Source: a phage
Sequence record: PZ662386.1
Length of the DNA stretch: 52,735 nt
Strand: one strand, 5' to 3'
This document shows positions 30,092 through 38,939 of this stretch, one piece after another. Each line of letters opens with the position of its first letter. The stretch's first letter is position 1. The notes beneath the pieces were generated by a model. That model searched no databases. It had not been told where the DNA came from and worked only from the letters and a program-made list of their open reading frames with translations. Both the position numbers and the translations under genes were made by a program.

Positions 30092-30354
30092 CACAGTTTA
30101 AATTGAAGCCTGACTTAATCGAGCTGGCCTCCTATGAAGAAAAGATTGAATTCATCCAAGAACGTTTGGTTGTCAACTACGGTGGTTGGATTGATGTTTC
30201 TACAAATGAGTTAGTGATTCGTATCAAGAAAGAGTTTGGTATTGAAATCACTAACAAACAGTTTTATGAAGATGTTCTCACAGATAAAGTTATCCGAGGC
30301 ATTACAAACAATTTCATGTCTAGTTTTATGGAAGGTGGGCCACGTTTAAAATGA
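30088..30354 (+). CDS. hypothetical early protein
   Basis: 88-aa ORF, GTG start with GGAGG RBS. Confidence 0.45.
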   Translation: MTQFKLKPDLIELASYEEKIEFIQERLVVNYGGWIDVSTNELVIRIKKEFGIEITNKQFYEDVLTDKVIRGITNNFMSSFMEGGPRLK

Positions 30355-30515
30355 AATTATCTCATTTCAAATCTTTTAAATCTTGCGTCTACGCTGCCGC
30401 CTATGGCAGCTCAAACAAACGCTTGAAGAAAATGGCTAAAGAGGCCAATCCACGTATGCCTGCTCGTGAAGTGGCAAGACGTATTAAATCAATTTACGAA
30501 TATTTGGAGTATTAA
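30351..30515 (+). CDS. small basic protein (54 aa)
   Basis: ATGA overlap with upstream stop; below the 60-aa ORF-track cutoff. Confidence 0.35.
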   Translation: MKLSHFKSFKSCVYAAAYGSSNKRLKKMAKEANPRMPAREVARRIKSIYEYLEY

Positions 30516-30698
30516 GTGAATTATGAGAATCTGCTATTAAGAACTAGTGGTGGGATGCTCATACTGACCACACCCGAGTTTCATTTCACAAGGGTATACT
30601 CCGAAGAATTTAAATCCTGGTTCCCAGCAAATCTAAAAACACGATGGCTTAAAGATTGTGTGCTTGTTGGGAAGAATGTAAAGCTAAGGAGTAAATAA
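30516..30698 (+). CDS. hypothetical early protein
   Basis: 60-aa ORF, GTG start with GGAG RBS. Confidence 0.4.
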   Translation: MNYENLLLRTSGGMLILTTPEFHFTRVYSEEFKSWFPANLKTRWLKDCVLVGKNVKLRSK

Positions 30699-30871
30699 TG
30701 AACGACCAGCAATTCAACACATTCATGCAGCAAATTAATCATCAAGAACTGATGGATGCCATTAAAGGCAAGAAGCCAGTCGAACGTCAATATCGTAAAA
30801 TTGATAATTATATGCCAACAATCATTGCATGTGTTGGTGTTGCTATTGTTCTCTACTTCCTGGTGAAATAA
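30698..30871 (+). CDS. small membrane protein (57 aa, C-terminal TM helix)
   Basis: Strong RBS AAGGAG; hydrophobic C-terminus IIACVGVAIVLYFLV; TAATG coupling. Confidence 0.4.
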   Translation: MNDQQFNTFMQQINHQELMDAIKGKKPVERQYRKIDNYMPTIIACVGVAIVLYFLVK

Positions 30872-30957
30872 TGTCGATTGCTAAGAAACTGTTATTCTGT
30901 ATCGTAATGTTCCCTATGGTGCTGCTCGTTGTGGGCAGCTTCATGTACTTAAACTAA
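30871..30957 (+). CDS. hydrophobic micro-peptide (28 aa)
   Basis: TAATG-coupled; almost entirely hydrophobic (LLFCIVMFPMVLLVVGSF). Confidence 0.3.
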   Translation: MSIAKKLLFCIVMFPMVLLVVGSFMYLN

Positions 30958-30966
30958 GGTAATTAA

Positions 30967-31275
30967 ATGGCTTCTTTACTCGAATTCTCAAATATTGCAA
31001 ATGTTGCTAAGAATTCTATTCCGGAAAATCCGGACGTAATTGCGTACATGCGTGTTGATGTAAGTTTGTTAGCTTTTGTAATGGACCACATCAACCTTGT
31101 TGAAGCGCAGTTATCTCAGTCTTACGAAACAGTTGACACTCTTCGTGGACTTCGTACAGCAGAGCAACAGGCTTATGCTGACCTCATGGAGCAAAAGAAC
31201 AAGCTCCAGGAACAACTGGCAGATGCGCTTCAACAAATTGAAGACATGAAGCCACCAGCAGAGTCAACCGAATAA
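30967..31275 (+). CDS. hypothetical coiled-coil protein
   Basis: 102-aa ORF with RBS; C-terminal heptad-like Gln/Leu-rich segment. Confidence 0.45.
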   Translation: MASLLEFSNIANVAKNSIPENPDVIAYMRVDVSLLAFVMDHINLVEAQLSQSYETVDTLRGLRTAEQQAYADLMEQKNKLQEQLADALQQIEDMKPPAESTE

Positions 31276-31293
31276 TCAAACTTAGGAGTTATT

Positions 31294-31554
31294 ATGGCTA
31301 CCAAAACAGGCATGATGATTGTCCCAAGCCGTAATAACTCTTTAAGCGGCTTTACACCATATAAAATCTACGAAGTTATTTCTGGCACTGGTGAAGCAAA
31401 CCTGTCAGAAGTTGCTTTGAAGTTGGGCCGTATGGTCCACTCCGAAATCTCCTGTAACGTAGTTGATGATGAAGGTAAAATCCGTTTTGTAACAATGGAT
31501 TTCTTTCGTGAATTTAACCTAAAATCTGAATTAGGAGTTCTGTACCATGAATGA
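31294..31554 (+). CDS. hypothetical early protein
   Basis: 86-aa ORF, RBS AGGAG. Confidence 0.45.
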   Translation: MATKTGMMIVPSRNNSLSGFTPYKIYEVISGTGEANLSEVALKLGRMVHSEISCNVVDDEGKIRFVTMDFFREFNLKSELGVLYHE

Positions 31555-31729
31555 GGACGATGTTGTTTGCCCGAAGTGTGGCAGCAATAACATAGACCAT
31601 GTAGCACACGAAGCAGTGGGAATGTACGGTCCCGTAGTTCTGGACAGTGCATTCTGTATAGATTGTGGTTTAAACATTTATCGTGGAAAACTTATAGACA
31701 ATAGTGGGAATATCCCGCCAAAAGGATAA
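31547..31729 (+). CDS. small zinc-ribbon protein
   Basis: CPKCG...CIDCG in 60 aa. Confidence 0.4.
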   Translation: MNEDDVVCPKCGSNNIDHVAHEAVGMYGPVVLDSAFCIDCGLNIYRGKLIDNSGNIPPKG

Positions 31730-31731
31730 TC

Positions 31732-31959
31732 ATGAAATTTAAATGTGTTGCTTCAACCAAAGATTATGTTCCAGTTGGCTTCATCGTTGAAGGTGAAGCT
31801 ATCTCACCTTTGGAATTTAAAGTGACCAAATCGGCTGAGAATGTTTCTCCAGCATTTCGTAAAGGCGCTGTAGTGCCTATGAATGGTGCATTCTGGACAT
31901 GGCAGCGTGACCATGAAGCAGAATTTGCAGATATTTGTGAACAAGGTTTATTGCAATGA
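31732..31959 (+). CDS. small protein, paralog family member 1 (KFKCV family)
   Basis: N-terminal MKFKCV and C-terminal W-x-W motif shared with the next two genes. Confidence 0.5.
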   Translation: MKFKCVASTKDYVPVGFIVEGEAISPLEFKVTKSAENVSPAFRKGAVVPMNGAFWTWQRDHEAEFADICEQGLLQ

Positions 31960-32186
31960 CAAAGTTTAAATGCGTGAAATCAACATCTTCATCTGAACAC
32001 TCTCCGAAAGTTGGTGACGTGATTGAGGGAAGGATTATGCACGTAGAGCGAAGAGGCAAAATTGAGCCTCGCATAATCATCTCAAAAGACAGTGACCGTA
32101 AAGATGCCAATGGCATTCCATACTTCGATGAAGGAGAAAATATTCCTTTAGAGGGTGGAATCTGGTCCTGGGAAGAAGTTAAGTAA
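31956..32186 (+). CDS. small protein, paralog family member 2
   Basis: MTKFKCVKS...GIWSWEEVK; ATGA-coupled. Confidence 0.5.
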   Translation: MTKFKCVKSTSSSEHSPKVGDVIEGRIMHVERRGKIEPRIIISKDSDRKDANGIPYFDEGENIPLEGGIWSWEEVK

Positions 32187-32249
32187 TTTCCTCAACCACT
32201 TTTGTAATGAGAGTGGTTGCTGAATATTAATCAACTTGGAGTGCATGAA

Positions 32250-32450
32250 ATGGCCAAATTCAAATGTGTAAAAGGTTTTGAATACGTTCCAGAAGGAACA
32301 ATTCTCGAGGGTATCCAAATAAAGGACAGACTCATACTGACCAAGCCATCTGAACTTCTTGGGATTGACGGAAATCCGAGGTTCCGTGAAGGTGACGACT
32401 TACCAATGGTAGGTAATTTATGGGTTTGGGAGGAGTTAAAGAGCAAATGA
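32250..32450 (+). CDS. small protein, paralog family member 3
   Basis: MAKFKCVKG...NLWVWEELK; ATG at 32250 with GGAG RBS. Confidence 0.5.
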   Translation: MAKFKCVKGFEYVPEGTILEGIQIKDRLILTKPSELLGIDGNPRFREGDDLPMVGNLWVWEELKSK

Positions 32451-32737
32451 AACAGCGTACTCGTTTACAACGTGACCCAGCCACAGGTCGCATGTTGCCA
32501 GCATATTTGAAAGTTGGTGACTTAGTTTATACTAAAGATTATGCATTTGATATTTGTCCAAACAAAGTTTATGTTGTTCTTGCCACCAGCTTGTCAAAAC
32601 CTAAAGTGCTATTTGGCGCACTTGAGCCAATTCAGTTAACCGGAACTCAGTTTGTCATTAAAGATGACTCTGGCCTTACGCGCATCTTCAGTCTTGAAGG
32701 TGGATTATCCAAGTGGGAGAAGGTGAAACGTGGGTAA
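32447..32737 (+). CDS. hypothetical early protein
   Basis: ATG at 32447 with GGAGGAG RBS; ATGA coupling. Confidence 0.45.
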   Translation: MKQRTRLQRDPATGRMLPAYLKVGDLVYTKDYAFDICPNKVYVVLATSLSKPKVLFGALEPIQLTGTQFVIKDDSGLTRIFSLEGGLSKWEKVKRG

Positions 32738-32963
32738 GAATTATATCGAAATGTTTAAGCGATTGTCTATAAATGGGCAGGAGTTCTTGTTAAACGATGT
32801 AAGACAAGATATTGAATTGTCTGACAAGTATTCTTATTTTGCCCAAAAGACAATTGTGAAGTGGACATTCTCTTACGTGTCCGCCAGTATTCCAGTAGAA
32901 ACGCTTGTAATTAGCGGTTCTGGTGATTCAGTTTTAGCAGCTTTGGAGAAACTAAAGCAATGA
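32730..32963 (+). CDS. hypothetical early protein
   Basis: 77-aa ORF, GTG start. Confidence 0.4.
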   Translation: MGKNYIEMFKRLSINGQEFLLNDVRQDIELSDKYSYFAQKTIVKWTFSYVSASIPVETLVISGSGDSVLAALEKLKQ

Positions 32964-33247
32964 ACAAGAATTCAATCTTACGTTATGTTGGTAAAACAAA
33001 TTACAGCTTTACCTACGGTAAGAAGTACAAAATCGTCGCAGGTCGTGGTGACGGGGTTCCTCGCAACAACGGTACACTCGGTGCGTATATTCAATCTCCT
33101 TTGGGTTTTGTCGTTAATGACGATAACCGCAATTTATGTTATCGTACATTCTCCGATAATTGGGAACTTGTGAAAGATTCTGGTGAAGTTAGTTGGTATA
33201 AACCTGAATCAAACGTGGACCCAATTCCAATTTCAAAGGTGATGTGA
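32960..33247 (+). CDS. hypothetical early protein
   Basis: 95-aa ORF, overlap-coupled. Confidence 0.4.
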   Translation: MNKNSILRYVGKTNYSFTYGKKYKIVAGRGDGVPRNNGTLGAYIQSPLGFVVNDDNRNLCYRTFSDNWELVKDSGEVSWYKPESNVDPIPISKVM

Positions 33248-33477
33248 TGAACTGGGTTATGAAAGATATTGTAGTACCTTTCGTACTAATGTTGCTGTCT
33301 GTTCTGGTTGTCATTGGACTGCCTACATATTTTGTATACAAATATGAATGCAAAACCTTTGCAGAATTGCAGCAAGCAGAGTTCAAATACACAATCAATG
33401 GTAGTTGCTACATTAAATCACCAAGCGGTGAGTGGATTACCAAAGATATGTGGTACTTTGACAAACTGACTCGTTAA
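33244..33477 (+). CDS. small membrane protein
   Basis: N-terminal TM helix (IVVPFVLMLLSVLVVIGL). Confidence 0.4.
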   Translation: MMNWVMKDIVVPFVLMLLSVLVVIGLPTYFVYKYECKTFAELQQAEFKYTINGSCYIKSPSGEWITKDMWYFDKLTR

Positions 33478-33519
33478 ATTAACAATGGGCATCTCTTGTA
33501 GGTGTCCATGATTAATCTA

Positions 33520-33537
33520 ACATTAGTTGGATGTGAG
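33520..33537 (+). promoter_or_regulatory. conserved promoter-like motif
   Basis: ACATTAGTTGGATGTGAG; 71 nt upstream of the SSB-tail gene. Confidence 0.4.
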
Positions 33538-33608
33538 GGACAAAGCTATTCCGTGGTTAGCAATGTCACTGAAACTTAAACTGTAATTAACTTAAGAGAA
33601 TCTTAATC

Positions 33609-33965
33609 ATGGCACAATATTCAGATGTAAACACTGGCATCATCGGTCCTAACGGCTTCAAGAAAGACCCAAAACATCCTGACATTCGTGGACGTATTAA
33701 CGTTGACGGAATCTGGTATTGGGTGTCTGGTTGGAACAAGCAAGCAAATGGCAATGAATTTACCTCGCTGGCACTCACCATTATGACCCAAGAGCAGGTT
33801 GATGAAATGATGCGTAAGCGTGAAGAGAAAGCTAAAGCCAAAGCTCAACCTCAAGCCGCTGCACAACAGCAACAGCAACGTCAGCAACCTTCTGCTGCAC
33901 AGCAACAGCAGGGTAATTACAATCCGAACGAGCCGAAAGACTTCGACGACGACATTCCATTCTAA
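33609..33965 (+). CDS. small protein with bacterial SSB-type C-terminal tail (DFDDDIPF)
   Basis: Last 8 residues DFDDDIPF preceded by a Gln/Ala/Pro-rich linker; N-terminal ~75 aa possibly a small OB-like domain. Confidence 0.6.
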   Translation: MAQYSDVNTGIIGPNGFKKDPKHPDIRGRINVDGIWYWVSGWNKQANGNEFTSLALTIMTQEQVDEMMRKREEKAKAKAQPQAAAQQQQQRQQPSAAQQQQGNYNPNEPKDFDDDIPF

Positions 33966-34087
33966 TTGGGGATGCCCTATGAAAATTCTATGTTTTATAG
34001 GGCTACATAATTGGGAAATTTCACATGAAAACGATTATGTAACCTTTTGGGTTTGTAGGCATTGTTCAGCAATGCGTGAGGAATATC

Positions 34088-34984
34088 ATGGCAACTAACG
34101 TTATTGAAATACCTGCCAACTTAGTCAAAACTGGCGACGTTGTAATTCATGAAGGTAAAGAGTATCTGATTGGGTATGTCTTCAGAATGGGTGTAGTTCA
34201 ACTGCAATATTCTGGTGGATGTTTCAATTTTGAGTGGGACCAGGCAGTCAAAATCTTGGATAAACGTCCTACTACAGACTCCTTTGCAAAACCGGGAGCA
34301 ACAACACGCGCAGTATTGGCAAGTCAAGTTCGACCCGGCAACACCTTATCTTATGGAATCAGGCTCTTTAAGATAAAGGAAGTTAAAGACCTGGGGGAAA
34401 GTGAGGTTCGCTTAATCCACGAAATAGGATACTTTGACTTTTTACACAACCGCGTAGTCCATATTGTTAACGAGCAACCAGCTTTGGAAACTCCAACAAT
34501 GGCATTCAACACTGAGATAAAGCCAGTGTTCCTTCCTTACGAGGGAGCAGTGAAACCATTCTCAGATGAAGAAGATGTTAAAGGTGCTGATGTTGAAGTT
34601 GGCGATGTTATCCGGTACAAGGGTAATTGGGCAACTGTTACAAACACGTACAAGCATCCAAACTCGCCATACAATAAAGTCAATATTGACTACGATGGTG
34701 TAAAAGGTTTGCAAGTGCGCCTGACACTAACTGGAACTTATTCGAGAAAGGTAAGAGCAGTAATGGAAACATTAAATATTCAAAATGCAATCGAAGCACA
34801 ACGTATTCTTCTGCAAAAGCTGGAGCAAATGCTTGATTTAACCCAGCTTCCCCCAACAGAAGATGGCAAGATGGCAATTGGCAATGCATCAATTCGTGTG
34901 GACAAGGCAACAGTTGTTAAGGCCGCACGCGATGAAATGAAAGCTGCCGCAAACAAATCAGCAGAGCTTATCAAGAAGCTGTAA
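34088..34984 (+). CDS. hypothetical protein (298 aa)
   Basis: ATG at 34088 with GAGGAA RBS; no motif recognised. Confidence 0.5.
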   Translation: MATNVIEIPANLVKTGDVVIHEGKEYLIGYVFRMGVVQLQYSGGCFNFEWDQAVKILDKRPTTDSFAKPGATTRAVLASQVRPGNTLSYGIRLFKIKEVKDLGESEVRLIHEIGYFDFLHNRVVHIVNEQPALETPTMAFNTEIKPVFLPYEGAVKPFSDEEDVKGADVEVGDVIRYKGNWATVTNTYKHPNSPYNKVNIDYDGVKGLQVRLTLTGTYSRKVRAVMETLNIQNAIEAQRILLQKLEQMLDLTQLPPTEDGKMAIGNASIRVDKATVVKAARDEMKAAANKSAELIKKL

Positions 34985-35031
34985 TTAACAGAGGTCATTC
35001 CACTTCGAGTGGCCTCGATTAATTATCAGAG

Positions 35032-35301
35032 GTGCCTATGGAAGTATGGTTTGAAAGATACATTTACAAACATGGTGTGCGAGGTAAATCAAGATACTCA
35101 GTAACATTCCTTACGGTGAGGGTGACAAAGGCTGTTCGCTCAAGCAAGGCCTACTATGTCAGAGAGAGGCTGCGTAAAGCTACCATAACAGTTGTCCCGA
35201 AATACATGAAGAATGGCAGGAAATATGAAAACTCTGGGGTTTTAGCACGCTCAGAGAACTATGCACTTAATCTGTTTAAGGAAGTATATAATGAAGTTTA
35301 A
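35032..35301 (+). CDS. hypothetical basic protein
   Basis: 89-aa Lys/Arg-rich ORF with RBS. Confidence 0.4.
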   Translation: MPMEVWFERYIYKHGVRGKSRYSVTFLTVRVTKAVRSSKAYYVRERLRKATITVVPKYMKNGRKYENSGVLARSENYALNLFKEVYNEV

Positions 35302-35644
35302 GTATATTGTAACCTACGTCATAGCACTAATTGTTTTCGGCGTCTTAACCTTTAAATCTGAAGCCAAACAGGTTAAATTTGGTTGCGACGGCTTTGATGT
35401 AACTTTGGACCAGTTTGAAAACAGACCTATTGTAGCATCAATCACATTTGAGCCAGGTACTTGGGTCGAAGTTCCGGAAAGTGGGGATTCAAACACCATT
35501 CACCTATTCAATATAGTCAATAGTAAACTTGCAGTTATGGGTATGGACCATCATGGCTCACTATTTCTGCAAATTTATCGCGATTATGACTTCTATCAGG
35601 CCCACCAGCCTCAACACAGTTTAAGATGTTTGGAGAGAAAATGA
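35291..35644 (+). CDS. hypothetical secreted/membrane protein
   Basis: N-terminal signal/TM segment (IVTYVIALIVFGVLTF); RBS AAGGAAG. Confidence 0.45.
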   Translation: MKFKYIVTYVIALIVFGVLTFKSEAKQVKFGCDGFDVTLDQFENRPIVASITFEPGTWVEVPESGDSNTIHLFNIVNSKLAVMGMDHHGSLFLQIYRDYDFYQAHQPQHSLRCLERK

Positions 35645-35874
35645 CGTCATCCGAATTTACCATTGATGGAGTACCGTACTTACTTGAATCCAGTTGCGAA
35701 TATCGTCACTGGTCAGTAATTCGCGACCGAGTAGTCAAATTCTTGGAGCGAGTAGGGAAAGATGCAGCTATTCTGACTACAGCCACAGTAGAAGGGACAA
35801 CCGAAATCAATCGGGAGCTTGTATCTTTTAAATTAACCATCAACCCAACAGGAAATCCATTCCGTGAAAGTTGA
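35641..35874 (+). CDS. hypothetical protein
   Basis: ATGA-coupled 77-aa ORF. Confidence 0.4.
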   Translation: MTSSEFTIDGVPYLLESSCEYRHWSVIRDRVVKFLERVGKDAAILTTATVEGTTEINRELVSFKLTINPTGNPFRES

Positions 35875-36133
35875 AGAACTGGCTGACCAACTTAAGGCAG
35901 CAAAACGAGAGTCTGCAAATCAATCAGAACGCGTTGCAAAACTGAAAGGGCAAGGCTCAACGTCTGAAGAAATCCAGTTATTTACAGATAATGTCTGGTT
36001 TTCAATGAATCGTGCACAATTTATCGAGATTCAGGAAGAACGTCTTACTGAACTGGAGAAGCGTGTAGAAACACTTGAGAGCTTGCTTGTAACACTGCAA
36101 GAAACTCTGGACCAGGAACTGAAAAATGTCTAA
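35864..36133 (+). CDS. hypothetical coiled-coil protein
   Basis: 89-aa ORF, GTG start. Confidence 0.4.
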   Translation: MKVEELADQLKAAKRESANQSERVAKLKGQGSTSEEIQLFTDNVWFSMNRAQFIEIQEERLTELEKRVETLESLLVTLQETLDQELKNV

Positions 36134-36542
36134 CGTTAAGCTGGGCCAACGCTCCCTTGACCGACTCAAAGGTGTAAATCCTTCATTGGTGGCAGTTTTC
36201 AAGCGTGCATGTGAAACAATGCCGTTTGATGTAACTGTTCTTGAAGGATTGCGTACTTATGAGCGTCAACAAGAGCTTTTAAAGCAAGGTGCAACCAAAG
36301 TTTCAGTTAGCCGACACATGTCAGGCAATGCTTTAGACATTGCACCATATCCGATTGACTGGAATGACCTCGAACGATTCAAAGTTTTAGCTCATCATAT
36401 ATTCAAAGCTGCAAAAGAGCTTGGAATTACCATTCGTTGGGGTGGGAACTGGAGCCGTATTGATGAAAATCAGCCGTATCCACCACTTGCACCAGGTAAG
36501 AAGAAGCTGATTGATATGCCGCACTTTGAACTTCCAGCATAA
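36126..36542 (+). CDS. peptidase M15 family peptidoglycan hydrolase (VanY / L-Ala-D-Glu peptidase-like)
   Basis: Zinc-ligand pattern SRHMSGNALD ... DMPHFE. Confidence 0.65.
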   Translation: MSNVKLGQRSLDRLKGVNPSLVAVFKRACETMPFDVTVLEGLRTYERQQELLKQGATKVSVSRHMSGNALDIAPYPIDWNDLERFKVLAHHIFKAAKELGITIRWGGNWSRIDENQPYPPLAPGKKKLIDMPHFELPA

Positions 36543-36550
36543 ATTCATCA

Positions 36551-36841
36551 ATGGAGCATCCGATGGAATATCAGGAGATACCGAAAGAGTTAGAGCGTAT
36601 GCAATCTCGCACATCTCGTGCAGAGGCAGAACTCCACCAGCATTTGTCAAACTATGTGCACGATTCCCGAAAACTTAGGTCCGAAATTGCGGTTGATGGT
36701 TGTTGCTATCTAGTAACATACGACGAGAAGACCGCCATCTTAGACGTATTAGTAAAGAGTGGAAAAGAGCGAATCGAACAGCTCAAAATCCTTAATGCGG
36801 AACTTCAAGGTATGTGGGAGAAACTCAATGCAAAACGATAA
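36551..36841 (+). CDS. hypothetical protein
   Basis: 96-aa ORF. Confidence 0.4.
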   Translation: MEHPMEYQEIPKELERMQSRTSRAEAELHQHLSNYVHDSRKLRSEIAVDGCCYLVTYDEKTAILDVLVKSGKERIEQLKILNAELQGMWEKLNAKR

Positions 36842-37388
36842 CATTACTCAAGCAGTAGAACAGCTTAAGTCCTGGCGTAGAGATGAAACCTTATTGGTTC
36901 GTTTCTACACAGACGTCTACAAAGGCGAAAGCAGTTCTGAATTTGTAGATGCGTGGATTGATGGCCTGTCTTGGCGTCACTATGATTTCGACATGCGGGA
37001 TTATTTGCATGAAGAATACGGCATTGAATATCCTGAAACTGGTACATACGACATTCTGGAATCAAGCGAAGAAGACGTTACAGAAGTTTGCTTTGCTAAC
37101 GGCCTGTTCAGCATTCGTAAGTACGATAAGTTCAATGAACTGCTCGTTGACACCGACTTGGATGTAATTCTTGCTGCATTCCGTAGTGGTGATATCGATA
37201 TTTTCACTGTAGACGATTTGAATGACAAGGTTGTTTGCCGATGTGATTCAATTGCGGATTATTTCCAGCAATATGATGGCATAGAAGTTCCAGACCATCT
37301 TCGTCCATATATTGATTGGGATGCAGTTGCAAGAGATTACGGAAGCGATTACACTTTCTCCGAAGGGATACTATTCTCAAATGCGTGA
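36828..37388 (+). CDS. hypothetical strongly acidic protein
   Basis: ATG at 36828 with GGGAGA RBS; Asp/Glu-rich throughout. Confidence 0.45.
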   Translation: MQNDNITQAVEQLKSWRRDETLLVRFYTDVYKGESSSEFVDAWIDGLSWRHYDFDMRDYLHEEYGIEYPETGTYDILESSEEDVTEVCFANGLFSIRKYDKFNELLVDTDLDVILAAFRSGDIDIFTVDDLNDKVVCRCDSIADYFQQYDGIEVPDHLRPYIDWDAVARDYGSDYTFSEGILFSNA

Positions 37389-37620
37389 TTTAAATATTGC
37401 TGAACTTGAGGCGGGATTGATTGTTCACCACCAGCCTCGAAACACTTTCTATCGTATTCTTGGGCCTACAAAGATTAAAACTCACTGCGGAAGTTGGGTG
37501 GATGGGTTTGCTTACCAAGAGGTGAAGAAGTACGGGGACCATACTTTCTTAAGTATTGATTCCTCTACTATCTACACACGACCGAAAGAGCTATTCGACT
37601 CAGACTGGAAAACACTATAG
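37381..37620 (+). CDS. hypothetical protein
   Basis: 79-aa ORF from ATG 37381 overlapping upstream stop. Confidence 0.35.
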   Translation: MRDLNIAELEAGLIVHHQPRNTFYRILGPTKIKTHCGSWVDGFAYQEVKKYGDHTFLSIDSSTIYTRPKELFDSDWKTL

Positions 37621-37689
37621 TTCCAGGCGGGTTTCTTCGAAGTGCCAAGCGGGTTTTGTACTCGCATTGGCCTTCGGCTTTAGTCTGAA

Positions 37690-37707
37690 ACATTAGTGGG
37701 ATTTGAT
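37690..37707 (+). promoter_or_regulatory. conserved promoter-like motif (variant)
   Basis: ACATTAGTGGGATTTGAT preceded by TCTGAAAC, as in other copies. Confidence 0.35.
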
Positions 37708-37830
37708 TCTGACCACTTAGGGAAGAAAGGCATTATACACTTGTCGCCAAACGGGTGTCAAGCACTTTCTTCATTTATTTTAATTTATTCTTATTATTCT
37801 TTTTGTTTGGAATATTGGAATAATTCTGAA

Positions 37831-37848
37831 ACATTAATTGGAATTGAA
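37831..37848 (+). promoter_or_regulatory. conserved promoter-like motif (variant)
   Basis: ACATTAATTGGAATTGAA preceded by TTCTGAAAC. Confidence 0.35.
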
Positions 37849-38002
37849 TTAGTGTAATTCTGTCTGTACTCTTTTCCACTAGCAATTGTAGAGGGAGTCC
37901 ACTGCAATAAGCGCAGCCTCAAACAACCAAGTCTGGACAACTTGGGAAGAGAGTACAGCACAAAATTACATTAGTTTGAATTGAAACAACATCAGATAAG
38001 AG

Positions 38003-38067
38003 CTTTGTAACTAGGTAGTCCGTCTGGTACCAAGACGTGTGAGAACGTTCGATTCGTTCTACAAAGC
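38003..38067 (+). ncRNA. tRNA-like element lacking a canonical D-arm
   Basis: Perfect 7-bp acceptor-like stem CTTTGTA/TACAAAG, 5-bp hairpin with 7-nt loop (CGTCT GGTACCA AGACG), and T-arm GAACG TTCGATT CGTTC. Confidence 0.3.
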
Positions 38068-38618
38068 TCTTTTCGATGGAATGTTTCCATCATATACATT
38101 TAACTTTTAACATAGGCCAAAGGGCCGGAATACTTATCCACAGAAAGCTATTCACTTGTTATAGGCGATGTATTGGGATGAATTGGAACTAAATAAGCAA
38201 GCTGTTAGGGCTGAATAATTAGAGGGTTATGCCTCATGCTTATGTTAGTCATTCGAAAATAGGTTTGTGCCACAAGCTGCTGGTGCTCTGAGGAAGTCGG
38301 ACAAACAGGGCTTAGAGTGGCATAATCCGCACAAAACCGCGCCACCAGCTATGCCAAAGCAGGTGGATTGGGTGAATGTATTGGGAAGGGTTGCAAAGCC
38401 TCTGTGACACGCCTGAGCCGCAAGGCGACGACACTCATGTGATTAGCGTATCGCACCCTAACGGGAGTAACCCTTCGCCAATGCAGTTATCCAGAATTGA
38501 CACAAACGGTAGGCAGTGGCCCGATTTTCGGCCTTCCTGCGCTACCCTGTGGCCTGTTCCTGGGCCAAAAGATGAGAAGAGAAGTCACAAACACTGAATC
38601 GAAAATTGGAGAGTTCCT

Positions 38619-38939
38619 ATGATTCGCAAGCATTCTGCTAAAGTTTTGACGTTGAGAAATGTACTAATGTTCCCTTCAAGTGGGGAAGGAGAGGAAGAAA
38701 CAATCCACTTCGTTCTCGTTGGTGGGCGTTGGTACTATAACGGCACCAATTCTTTCCACGTAAGTCTGTCGGAGAAAGATGGATTCTGGAAGCACACCTT
38801 TAAGGAGTTGCTTGAAAGCAGTGCCAACTACACCCTTGCCGAAGTTAAGAAATATTTCTACTGCGGCCCAAACAAGTCCATGCAAATCGCAACTCGCAAT
38901 TGGACAACAAACCAACCGATTTACGGAGTTCCATTTTGA
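38619..38939 (+). CDS. hypothetical protein
   Basis: 106-aa ORF with GGAGAG RBS. Confidence 0.45.
   Translation: MIRKHSAKVLTLRNVLMFPSSGEGEEETIHFVLVGGRWYYNGTNSFHVSLSEKDGFWKHTFKELLESSANYTLAEVKKYFYCGPNKSMQIATRNWTTNQPIYGVPF

Noticed and set aside
38376-38597. 73-aa ORF in the GC-rich segment
   Set aside because: No RBS, atypical composition and codon usage, embedded in a region with extensive inverted repeats; more likely non-coding
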